DNA from: Candidatus Multivoradales bacterium | GTDB taxonomy: Bacteria; Acidobacteriota; Thermoanaerobaculia; Multivoradales; JAHEKO01 | DNA length: 64,000 bases | Reading direction: 5' to 3' | Assembly: GCA_965223855.1 (NCBI GenBank) | Contig: CBDCXM010000009.1 | Coordinates: forward strand, 1,728,001-1,792,000 | Part shown: piece after piece, positions 49,319-56,964 of the stretch | How the letters are laid out: every line of letters starts with the position of its first letter | How positions within the stretch are numbered: the stretch's first letter is position 1 | Program-made: the position numbers and the translations under genes | Notes under the pieces: generated by a model | Database searches by the model: none | Told to the model about the DNA's origin: nothing | The model's input: only the letters and a program-made list of their open reading frames with translations

Positions 49319-51468
49319 AGCAGGTGCTGCAGGATCTCAAATCGGGCGAGTTGCTCGTCGAAGAGGTTCCCGAGCCGACTCTCGGGCCGGGACGCCTCCT
49401 CGTGGCCAATCGGGCGTCGCTCATCAGCAGCGGCACCGAGCGGGCGACCGTGTCGGTAGCTCGCAAGGGACTGATCGGCAAGGCGCTGGAGCGGCCCGAC
49501 CAGGTCCGTAAGGTCGTCGAGGTCGCGCGACGCGAAGGGGTCCGGGCGACCGCACAGCTCGTGCGATCCCGCCTCGAGGCACCCTCGGCGCTGGGTTACA
49601 GCAGTGCGGGGGTTGTCGTGGGCGTCGGCGAAGGCGTCGATGGTTTCGCCGTCGGCGATCGGGTCGCCTGTGCCGGGCAGGACTATGCGTCTCATGCCGA
49701 AAGAGTGTGCGTGCCGGCCAACCTCTGTGTGCCGATTCCTGATGGGATGTCGATGGAGCAGGCTGCCTTCGTCGCCCTGGGGGCCATCGCGCTGCAGGCG
49801 GTTCGTCAGGCGAAGCCCGAGATCGGCGACCGAGTCGCGGTGATCGGGCTTGGCCTGGTGGGGCTGCTCGTCGTGCAGATCCTGAGGGCCAACGGCTGCA
49901 GGGTCGTCGCTTCCGATCCGGACGGGCGACGCCGCAAGCTGGCGCTGGAGCTCGGCGCCGAAGTTGCGGTCGAGCCCGCTGCGTTGCCCTCTGCTGTCGA
50001 GGTGATGACCGGCGAGCGAGGTGTCGATCGGGTCGTCGTCGCGGCCAGCACGGACAGCGACGAGCCGGTCAGAACCGCCGCCGGCGTCGCTCGATCGCGC
50101 GGGACGGTGGTCGTCGTGGGCGCGGTCGGAATGGACCTGCCCCGGGGACCTTTCTACGAGAAGGAACTCGACTTCCGGCTTTCGCGCTCCTACGGCCCCG
50201 GCCGCTACGACGTCGAGTACGAGGGCAAGGGACGCGACTATCCCTTCGAGTACGTGCGCTGGACCGAGGGCCGCAACATGGAGGCCTTCCTCGAACTGGT
50301 GGCCGCCGGCTCGGTCAACCTCGAACCGTTGACGACCCACCGTCACGACATCGAGGACGCTGCCGCAGCCTACGAGCGACTGATGACGGCTCCCGAAGAG
50401 TGTCTCGGGCTGGTGCTGACCTACCCGTCGTCGCAGTCGCAGTCGCAGCCGCCGGCGTCGAGAGTCGAAGTCGCCCCCGCTCCGAGCCCGACGGGCGTCC
50501 GATGGGGAATCGTCGGCGCAGGGAGCCATGTCAGGGATCGGCTGTTGCCGATTCTTGCGAAGCAGCCTGAGAGCCGGTTCGAGCTGATCTGTACCGAGCG
50601 GGCGGGCCGAGCGAAGCGGCTGGCCCGGTCGTTGAAGGCGACGGCCTGCACCACCTCCTTCCAGGAGGTGCTCGACGACGATCAGGTGAATGCGGTGCTG
50701 ATCGGCACACGCCATCACCTTCACGCCGAGCAGGTGGTTCGCGCCTTGGAGGCGGGCAAGCATGTCTTCGTCGAGAAGCCTCTGTGCCTCACCCTCGAGG
50801 AGTTGCGACAGGTCACGCGCGCCTATCACGACGCCGCAACTTCCGGCGTGCGGCTGAGGGTGGGGTTCAACCGTCGATTCTCGCTCCATGCGGTGAGGGC
50901 CAGGGACTTTCTCGGCGACGTTTCGGGCCCGATCGCCTTATGCTGCCGGGTCAACGCCGGTCCCGTCGATGCCCGTCACTGGACGCGTGACGAGGAGGTC
51001 GGTGGTGGCCGTCTCCTGGGAGAGCTGTGTCATTTCATCGACACCCTTCAGAGTCTGGTGGGGCACCGGCCGACGGCGGTCTCAGCGGCGGCCGTCGGCG
51101 ACGACCGGGGCGGCGACCAGGGCGTCTTCCAGCTGCTCTTCGGGCGGCGAGCGACGGCCTCGATCATTTATGCGACCGGCGGAGACTCGCGGTTGCCGAA
51201 GGAACGGATCGAAGCGTTCGGCGGCGGCAAGGCTCTGGTTCTCGACGACTTCCGACGGACGGACTTCTTCCATTCGGCGAGGAAGACGAGCGTGCGCTCG
51301 CGAGGTCAGGACAAGGGGTTTGCGGCCGAACTCGACTCCTTCGTTTCGGAGATCGTCGGCGGGGGCGACCCGGCGATGCCTTTCGGCGAGATCGAGGACG
51401 TCACGCGAGCGACCATCCTCGCTCGAGAGAGTCTCGCGACCGGCGAGTGGCAGCATCTGGGCGAGTGA
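49315..51468 (+). CDS. Bi-domain oxidoreductase (Zn-ADH-like + Gfo/Idh/MocA)
   Basis: SLISSGTE, LGYSSAG, GLGLVG, SYGPGRYD, YVRWTEGRN, HVFVEKPL and VGFNRRF. Confidence 0.92.
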   Translation: MKQVLQDLKSGELLVEEVPEPTLGPGRLLVANRASLISSGTERATVSVARKGLIGKALERPDQVRKVVEVARREGVRATAQLVRSRLEAPSALGYSSAGVVVGVGEGVDGFAVGDRVACAGQDYASHAERVCVPANLCVPIPDGMSMEQAAFVALGAIALQAVRQAKPEIGDRVAVIGLGLVGLLVVQILRANGCRVVASDPDGRRRKLALELGAEVAVEPAALPSAVEVMTGERGVDRVVVAASTDSDEPVRTAAGVARSRGTVVVVGAVGMDLPRGPFYEKELDFRLSRSYGPGRYDVEYEGKGRDYPFEYVRWTEGRNMEAFLELVAAGSVNLEPLTTHRHDIEDAAAAYERLMTAPEECLGLVLTYPSSQSQSQPPASRVEVAPAPSPTGVRWGIVGAGSHVRDRLLPILAKQPESRFELICTERAGRAKRLARSLKATACTTSFQEVLDDDQVNAVLIGTRHHLHAEQVVRALEAGKHVFVEKPLCLTLEELRQVTRAYHDAATSGVRLRVGFNRRFSLHAVRARDFLGDVSGPIALCCRVNAGPVDARHWTRDEEVGGGRLLGELCHFIDTLQSLVGHRPTAVSAAAVGDDRGGDQGVFQLLFGRRATASIIYATGGDSRLPKERIEAFGGGKALVLDDFRRTDFFHSARKTSVRSRGQDKGFAAELDSFVSEIVGGGDPAMPFGEIEDVTRATILARESLATGEWQHLGE

Positions 51469-51520
51469 GGCTCGCGCGGTATCGGGTCCACGAGACGGCG
51501 GAAGGGCGAGGGATCGCATC

Positions 51521-53386
51521 GTGCCGCAGGGGCTGAGCTGGTACCTGAGACGGGCTGGCGCGATGAGCCCGAGGGAGTGGGCCCACCGGATCAGGGCTGC
51601 CCTCTCCGTGTCCCGGTTGCGTGTCGAGCAGCTCGGTCGAGGGAGGACGGGGTGGGTCGAGCGCAATCCGACGGAGTTCGCCTTCTGCACAGGGGCACAG
51701 CGCCGGCTCCCTGAAGTCGAATGGGCGCCGGGAAGCGAACGCACCGGGCTCGACGAGGTACGGGTCCTCGCACGCAGTATGAGCGAAGAGCCCGACCGCT
51801 GGCACCGCGCCCCCGACACGGGGCTCACCTGGCCTCTCGAGTTCTTCGCCGGCATCGACTATCGCAGTGGCAACAGATGGGGGGACGCTCGGCTCGTGTG
51901 GGAGCCCTCTCGTCTTCAGCTGCTGCTGGTTCTGGCTCGTGCTGCGGAGTCTGGCTCAGGGGACGAGGCCGCCGGGCTGGTGACGGAGATCGAGCGCTGC
52001 CTGGCCTCCTGGCTGGAAGCGAACCCTCCCTATCTGGGGATTCACTACGTCTCGGCGATGGAATGCGGGCTCCGGATTCTCTCCGTCTGCCATGCGCTGG
52101 ACCGGGTCCGGGCTCGTCTCGAGGAGTCGACCTGGCGCCGCGCGATCTCCCTGATCGAGAGCCACGCTGTGCTGATCGAGAGACGTCTGTCGCTGTACTC
52201 TTCGGCAGGGAATCACACCCTTGCGGAGGCTGCGGGCCTGATCTTCGCCGGTGGCTTGTTTCCAGAGCTCCCGTCCTCGCGTCGCCGACTCTTGAGGGGC
52301 CTCTCCCTGTTCGAGAAGGAAGTCGATCGGCAGATCCTGCCGGACGGCGGAGGGATCGAGCGCTCCACCGGGTACTCGCGCTTCATCACCGACCTGTGTG
52401 GTCTGGTCGTGGCGGCCCTTCCGGCCTGGGGTGCCGAGGCTTCGGAAGTCCTGGAGGCGGCCTGGCGTCGCGGTCGGGACTTCCTGGAAACTCTGAGCCC
52501 CGAGCCCGGCTCGATGCCACAGCTGGGAGACGGCGACGGCGGATTCGCGCTTTCGCCTCATCTGAGGACGGCATGGCGCGAGGAAGCACCTTTCGAAGGG
52601 AGGCGAACGTTCGAGGAGACCGGCGTCACCGTGCTTGCGTCCAAGCGGGCTCGGCTGGTCTTCGATCACGGCGCACTCGGCATGGCGCCGCTCCACGGGC
52701 ACGGTCATGCCGATGGGCTGGCCATCGACCTTGCGCTCGACGGTCGCGAGGTCTTCGTCGACTGCGGAACGGGCACTTATCGGCCGGACGGCCTGAACGG
52801 GCATGGCTGGCGTGCGTACTTCCGCGGTACCCGCGCCCACAATACGGTCTGCGTCGGTGACGAGGATCAAGCCGTGCAAGCCGGTGCGTTCCAGTGGACC
52901 TCTCCCTACGACTGCTCACTCGTCGACCAGGGAGAACTGAGTGGCCGTCTGTGGCTGCTGGCCCGGCTGCGTCCCGCCCATGGCCGCTGGACGCACTGGC
53001 GGGGAATCGGCTGGGACGAGAGCTGTGGACTGTTCGTCTGGGATCGTGTGGTCGGGGAGGGAGTCCATGAGCTGGAGCTGAACTGGCATGTTCCGGTCAC
53101 GGTCGAGGAGCTCGACGGAGTCGGTTGGCAGCTCGGTGACCTGGTACGACTCTCGGTGCAGGGGCCGGGAGAGGATTCGATCGCACGGGGTGCCGACGAC
53201 GTGGTCGGGGACGCTCCGGGGCCGGGATGGTGGTCGCGTCGCTACGCGGAGCGTGAGCCGCTGACGTCGATCAGCCGTCGACATCGTGGCGAACTGCCCT
53301 GCGAGTGGAGTACGTCGGTGTCCTGGCTCCGGGGCGAGAGCCCTGGCTGGGAGAGTCTGCGGACCCTGTTCGAGGAGCGCACGTGA
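51521..53386 (+). CDS. Heparinase II/III family protein (start approximate)
   Basis: DARLVWEPSR, ANPPYLG, SAGNH, DGGGIE, GHGHAD, DCGTGTY and FRGTRAHNTV. Confidence 0.9.
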   Translation: MPQGLSWYLRRAGAMSPREWAHRIRAALSVSRLRVEQLGRGRTGWVERNPTEFAFCTGAQRRLPEVEWAPGSERTGLDEVRVLARSMSEEPDRWHRAPDTGLTWPLEFFAGIDYRSGNRWGDARLVWEPSRLQLLLVLARAAESGSGDEAAGLVTEIERCLASWLEANPPYLGIHYVSAMECGLRILSVCHALDRVRARLEESTWRRAISLIESHAVLIERRLSLYSSAGNHTLAEAAGLIFAGGLFPELPSSRRRLLRGLSLFEKEVDRQILPDGGGIERSTGYSRFITDLCGLVVAALPAWGAEASEVLEAAWRRGRDFLETLSPEPGSMPQLGDGDGGFALSPHLRTAWREEAPFEGRRTFEETGVTVLASKRARLVFDHGALGMAPLHGHGHADGLAIDLALDGREVFVDCGTGTYRPDGLNGHGWRAYFRGTRAHNTVCVGDEDQAVQAGAFQWTSPYDCSLVDQGELSGRLWLLARLRPAHGRWTHWRGIGWDESCGLFVWDRVVGEGVHELELNWHVPVTVEELDGVGWQLGDLVRLSVQGPGEDSIARGADDVVGDAPGPGWWSRRYAEREPLTSISRRHRGELPCEWSTSVSWLRGESPGWESLRTLFEERT

Positions 53387-54120
53387 CTGCGGGTCGCATC
53401 GACATCCTGGGGGTGCCGGTCGATCGGCTGACCGCTCAGGAGGCGGTGGCGTTCGTCGAGGAGCGACTCGATGGAACCGAGCCGGTGACGATCGTCGCTG
53501 TGAACCCCGAGAAGATCATCGCCGCTCGGAGCGACACTGCGTTGCTGCGGTTCCTCGAGAGCGCGACACTCCTCATCCCCGACGGGGTCGGTGTGGTCTG
53601 GGCGGCCCGACTCCTGGGGCTGGGCCGCTTCGAACGGGTCGCTGGCGCCGATCTGATGCCGGAGCTGTGCCGGATGGCGGCCCGCCGCGGAGCGGGTGTC
53701 TTTCTTTACGGAGCGACCGAAGAGGTGTCGCGTCGAGCGGCAACGGCGCTGGAGGATCGCTTCGAGGGCTTGTCGATCGCGGGACGTCACCACGGGTATG
53801 TCGGAGAGGGAGAGATGGGCGAACTCGTCGCGTCGATTCGAGCATCCGGTGCGAAGCTGCTCTTCGTGGCCCTTGGCAGCCCGCGGCAGGAGCGCTGGAT
53901 GGCCGAGTACCTCGACCGCCTGCCGCTGGCGGTGTGCCAGGGGATCGGAGGGACCCTGGACGTGCTCGCAGGCGAAGTCCGCAGGGCGCCGGAGCGCTGG
54001 CGTCGTTGGTCGCTCGAGTGGCTCTATCGGCTGGTGCGGGAACCGGGCAGAGTCTTCCGGCAGAAGGCGCTACCGAGGTTCGCCTGGCTCGTTCTGCGGC
54101 AGCGTCTCAGAGGGCGCTGA
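53383..54120 (+). CDS. WecG/TagA/CpsF family glycosyltransferase (GT26)
   Basis: VNPEK, PDGVGV, RVAGADL, HHGY, VALGSPRQE, GIGGTLD and LEWLYRL. Confidence 0.93.
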   Translation: MTAGRIDILGVPVDRLTAQEAVAFVEERLDGTEPVTIVAVNPEKIIAARSDTALLRFLESATLLIPDGVGVVWAARLLGLGRFERVAGADLMPELCRMAARRGAGVFLYGATEEVSRRAATALEDRFEGLSIAGRHHGYVGEGEMGELVASIRASGAKLLFVALGSPRQERWMAEYLDRLPLAVCQGIGGTLDVLAGEVRRAPERWRRWSLEWLYRLVREPGRVFRQKALPRFAWLVLRQRLRGR

Positions 54121-54152
54121 GCCGCGGGCGCCCTGCCGGAGCTTCCCCGACT

Positions 54153-55379
54153 TCAGCCGACGTTGGAGACTTTCGACTCGGTGGTGGGAGGGGCGCTCTC
54201 CGACCGCCGCGGCTCGGCGGCTGTCGCGCCGCTCACTCCGGGCGCACCCTGCCCCAGCATCGCTTCGAGGGCACGTTCCCGCATCGAACGCGCCTTCGCT
54301 CCGGCCCGCTCGTCGGCGCCCAGACTGCGAATGAGGACGATCGCCGCGATCTCGACGAGGATCAGCGTGTAGCCCAATGTGGCGCTGTGGCTCAGCACCA
54401 CCGCCAGCGCCATCAGGCAGCCGGCGACCGCAACCAGGTAGAGCACCCACACCACCCGATGGCGCTTCGGCGCAATATCGAGCAGCACGTGGTGAAGGTG
54501 GTTGCGGTCGGCGTTGAACATCGCCGCGATCCGCCGGGCGACCGAGCCGTGGGGTTTCTGGAGGAAGCGGACCATCATCACCAGCAGGGTGTCGATCGCC
54601 GGCAGCCCGAGAGCGAGGAACGGGACGAGGATGGCGACGGCGGCGGAGGTCTTGAGGGAGGAGTGGAGCGAGACCGCGGCGAGCAGGAAGCCGAGGGTCA
54701 GCGAACCCGAGTCGCCCATGAAGATTCGTGCCGGCGCCCAGTTGTAGCGCAGGAAGCCGAGACAGGCGCCTGCCATGGCGGCGGTGATGAGTGCGGCGAG
54801 AAGGTCACCGTGGAGGGCGGCGAAGATCGCCAGCGCGGCGGCGATGATGGCGCTGATGCCGCCGGCGAGACCGTCGAGGCCGTCGACCAGGTTGATGGCG
54901 TTGGTGATGCCGACCAGCCACAGGACCGAGAGCACGGCGCCGAAGACGGGTCCGAAGTCGACCGGGCCGAGGAGCGGGATCTGCATCCCCTGGAAGGCCC
55001 ACCCCGCCTTGACGATGATGCCGGCGACGGCGAGTTGCACCGCGAGCTTGACCCACACACGGGCTCCCCTGACGTCGTCGAGCACGCCGAGGAGGAAGAT
55101 GACGGAGGCGGAGCCGGCGAAGAGCCATAGTTCGTTGTCGGTCGGTGTCCAGCCGACCTGCCAGCGATAGATGCCGATGGCCGCCGCGGTGCCCGTCGCC
55201 AGGCCGGCGGCGATGGCGATGCCTCCCAGCCTGGGAGTCGGCCGCGTGTGGACGCGCCGCTCTCCCGGCATATCGACACTGCCGATCCCGGACGCCAGGC
55301 GGATCACCGCCGGCACCAGCCACATCGTCGTCGCTGCCGCCAGGATTGCTCCCGCGACCGCCGCCCCTGCGATTGCCAA
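54153..55379 (-). CDS. wecA: Polyprenyl-phosphate GlcNAc-1-phosphate transferase (WecA/TagO, MraY family)
   Basis: RRVHTRPTPRLGG, GVLDD, NAINLVDGLDGLA, IFMGDSGS and DRNHLHH. TTG start follows GGGAGG. Confidence 0.92.
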   Translation of the reverse strand: MAIAGAAVAGAILAAATTMWLVPAVIRLASGIGSVDMPGERRVHTRPTPRLGGIAIAAGLATGTAAAIGIYRWQVGWTPTDNELWLFAGSASVIFLLGVLDDVRGARVWVKLAVQLAVAGIIVKAGWAFQGMQIPLLGPVDFGPVFGAVLSVLWLVGITNAINLVDGLDGLAGGISAIIAAALAIFAALHGDLLAALITAAMAGACLGFLRYNWAPARIFMGDSGSLTLGFLLAAVSLHSSLKTSAAVAILVPFLALGLPAIDTLLVMMVRFLQKPHGSVARRIAAMFNADRNHLHHVLLDIAPKRHRVVWVLYLVAVAGCLMALAVVLSHSATLGYTLILVEIAAIVLIRSLGADERAGAKARSMRERALEAMLGQGAPGVSGATAAEPRRSESAPPTTESKVSNVG

Positions 55380-55403
55380 ACCAACCTCCCTCAGTCGCGA
55401 ACG

Positions 55404-55483
55404 AACGTAGCACAGGCTTCGCTTCGGCGCAGAGACGGATGACGCACGGTCTCGGGCCCGTTCCTTGCGGAAGCTTCTATACT
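55404..55483. promoter_or_regulatory. Divergent promoter region shared by wecA and the RiPP operon
   Basis: Minus-strand TGCTACGTT (55412-55404). Plus-strand TATACT (55478-83) lies 6 nt before ATG 55490. Confidence 0.5.
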
Positions 55484-55489
55484 CGCGTC

Positions 55490-55783
55490 ATGTCCGAGAA
55501 GCGTTCCGAGCCCGCGCGCAGCTACTCCGCCAGCCCTGACGTCGTCGCTCAGGAGATGGGGGATCAGATGGTGCTCGTCCATCTCGGCACCAACCGGATT
55601 CACTCTCTCAACGCGACGGCACTGAGGCTGTGGGAGCTTCTCGGCGACGGCAGGAATCGCCAGGAGATCGAGGAGACTCTGCTCGCTGAGTTCGATGTCG
55701 AGCGCGGCCTCCTTTCGTCCGAGATCGATGCCACGGTGGCGGCGCTCGCCGCCGCCGACCTGCTGGTCGTCGAAGAAGAGTGA
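55490..55783 (+). CDS. PqqD-family RiPP recognition element (lasso B1-like)
   Basis: 97 aa. DVVAQEMGDQMVLVHL...IHSLNATALRLWELL...LLAEFDV matches the PqqD/RRE pattern. Confidence 0.9.
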   Translation: MSEKRSEPARSYSASPDVVAQEMGDQMVLVHLGTNRIHSLNATALRLWELLGDGRNRQEIEETLLAEFDVERGLLSSEIDATVAALAAADLLVVEEE

Positions 55784-56691
55784 CCCGCCCGCGGCGGATC
55801 GCCGCCCCTGCTCTGGTACGCCTCGACGCCGAGCGCTCCGCCGCGGCCCGATTCGACATCGCGAAGGACATCGTCCTCCACGAGTGGGAGGACACGTCGG
55901 GCTCGGTCGTCGCCTACTCGGCCGAGCGTGAGGGGCGGAAGCTCTTCCACGTCGAGGGGGTGGGCACCTACCTGTTCGATGCAGGTCCGGGTCCCTCCGA
56001 AGGCCGCTCGGCTGCCGTCGAGGCCGCTGCCGATGCCGGGGTGGGTACGGAGAAGGTGGAGGAGGCGTACTACCGCACCGCCCTGCCGTTCGTTCTCAAC
56101 GCTCAGGGAGTGCAGGCGGTCCATGCCAGCGCCGTCGAGACGGCCGGCGGAGTGCTGCTGATCTGCGGGGTCTCCGGGAGCGGCAAGTCGACCCTCGCCT
56201 ACGGTCTGGGCACCCTGGGCTTCCGGGTGTTCGCGGACGACGTGCTCGCCTTCCAGCCCGTGGACGCCGAGATCCTCGCCTCGCCGCTGCCGTTCTCGGT
56301 GCGCCTCACCTCGGACAGTGCATCGCACTACTTTCCCGGGCGGGAGACCGGCGGCTCGAAGCTCATTGCGACGATCGAGCACGCCGCTTCCCTCGAGCCG
56401 CGGCGGTTGGCGCTCGGTCTTTCGCTGGGCGCCGACCGTGCGCCGAACGGTGAACTGAGCATCGAGCGGATGGCCCCCGGCGACGCGCTGTCGGACCTCC
56501 TCGCCCACGCCTACTGCTTCGACCCGGGGCGGCTGCCGGAGAAGGAGGCGATGGTGCGGGACTACCTCGCCCTCTCCGCCCGCATGCCCGTCTTCCGGGT
56601 CGTCCTCGGACGGGGCCTCGAGGGTCTCGATGCCGGCCTCGCTTCGCTGGCCGCTCTCGTCAGGCGGGAACTCGATCTGGCCGAACCGTGA
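55780..56691 (+). CDS. HPr-kinase-like P-loop kinase (lasso-cluster kinase type)
   Basis: VHASAV, Walker A GVSGSGKSTLA and FADDV. Confidence 0.85.
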   Translation: MTRPRRIAAPALVRLDAERSAAARFDIAKDIVLHEWEDTSGSVVAYSAEREGRKLFHVEGVGTYLFDAGPGPSEGRSAAVEAAADAGVGTEKVEEAYYRTALPFVLNAQGVQAVHASAVETAGGVLLICGVSGSGKSTLAYGLGTLGFRVFADDVLAFQPVDAEILASPLPFSVRLTSDSASHYFPGRETGGSKLIATIEHAASLEPRRLALGLSLGADRAPNGELSIERMAPGDALSDLLAHAYCFDPGRLPEKEAMVRDYLALSARMPVFRVVLGRGLEGLDAGLASLAALVRRELDLAEP

Positions 56692-56747
56692 GGACTCTGC
56701 TAGGGTGGCCGGGTTCACTGGTTGGTAAGGATCCGGGGGCGAAGGTA

Positions 56748-56921
56748 ATGACCAAGAGCACAAAGAGCGGTGACAAGGCGACGCGGCGGCAGGCATGGCA
56801 GCCGATGGAAGTTCGGGAGCTCGGAGAGCTCAGCGAGGTGATCCGGACCGGCGGCGGCAAGCTGAGTTCGGCCGGCGGCGATCCGGGCGAGAACCGCAAG
56901 CAGATGGGCGGCGGCGGCTAG
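56748..56921 (+). CDS. Lasso-type RiPP precursor peptide (57 aa)
   Basis: MTKSTKSGDKATRRQAWQPMEVRELGELSEVIRTGGGKLSSAGGDPGENRKQMGGGG. Lys-rich N-terminus and W-x-P-x-x-V-x-x-L-G leader motif. Lies between the kinase and cyclase. GAAGG upstream, and TGCTAGGGT at 56698-706. Confidence 0.82.
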   Translation: MTKSTKSGDKATRRQAWQPMEVRELGELSEVIRTGGGKLSSAGGDPGENRKQMGGGG

Positions 56922-56964
56922 CCCCCAGACGACCGACCGCGCCTCCGCAATCAGGAGCGTCACG

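Noticed and set aside
55490-55783. PqqD as part of PQQ biosynthesis or a radical-SAM RiPP
   Set aside because: There are no pqqBCE genes and no CxxxCxxC radical SAM gene. The B2 and cyclase context indicates a lasso-type RRE.
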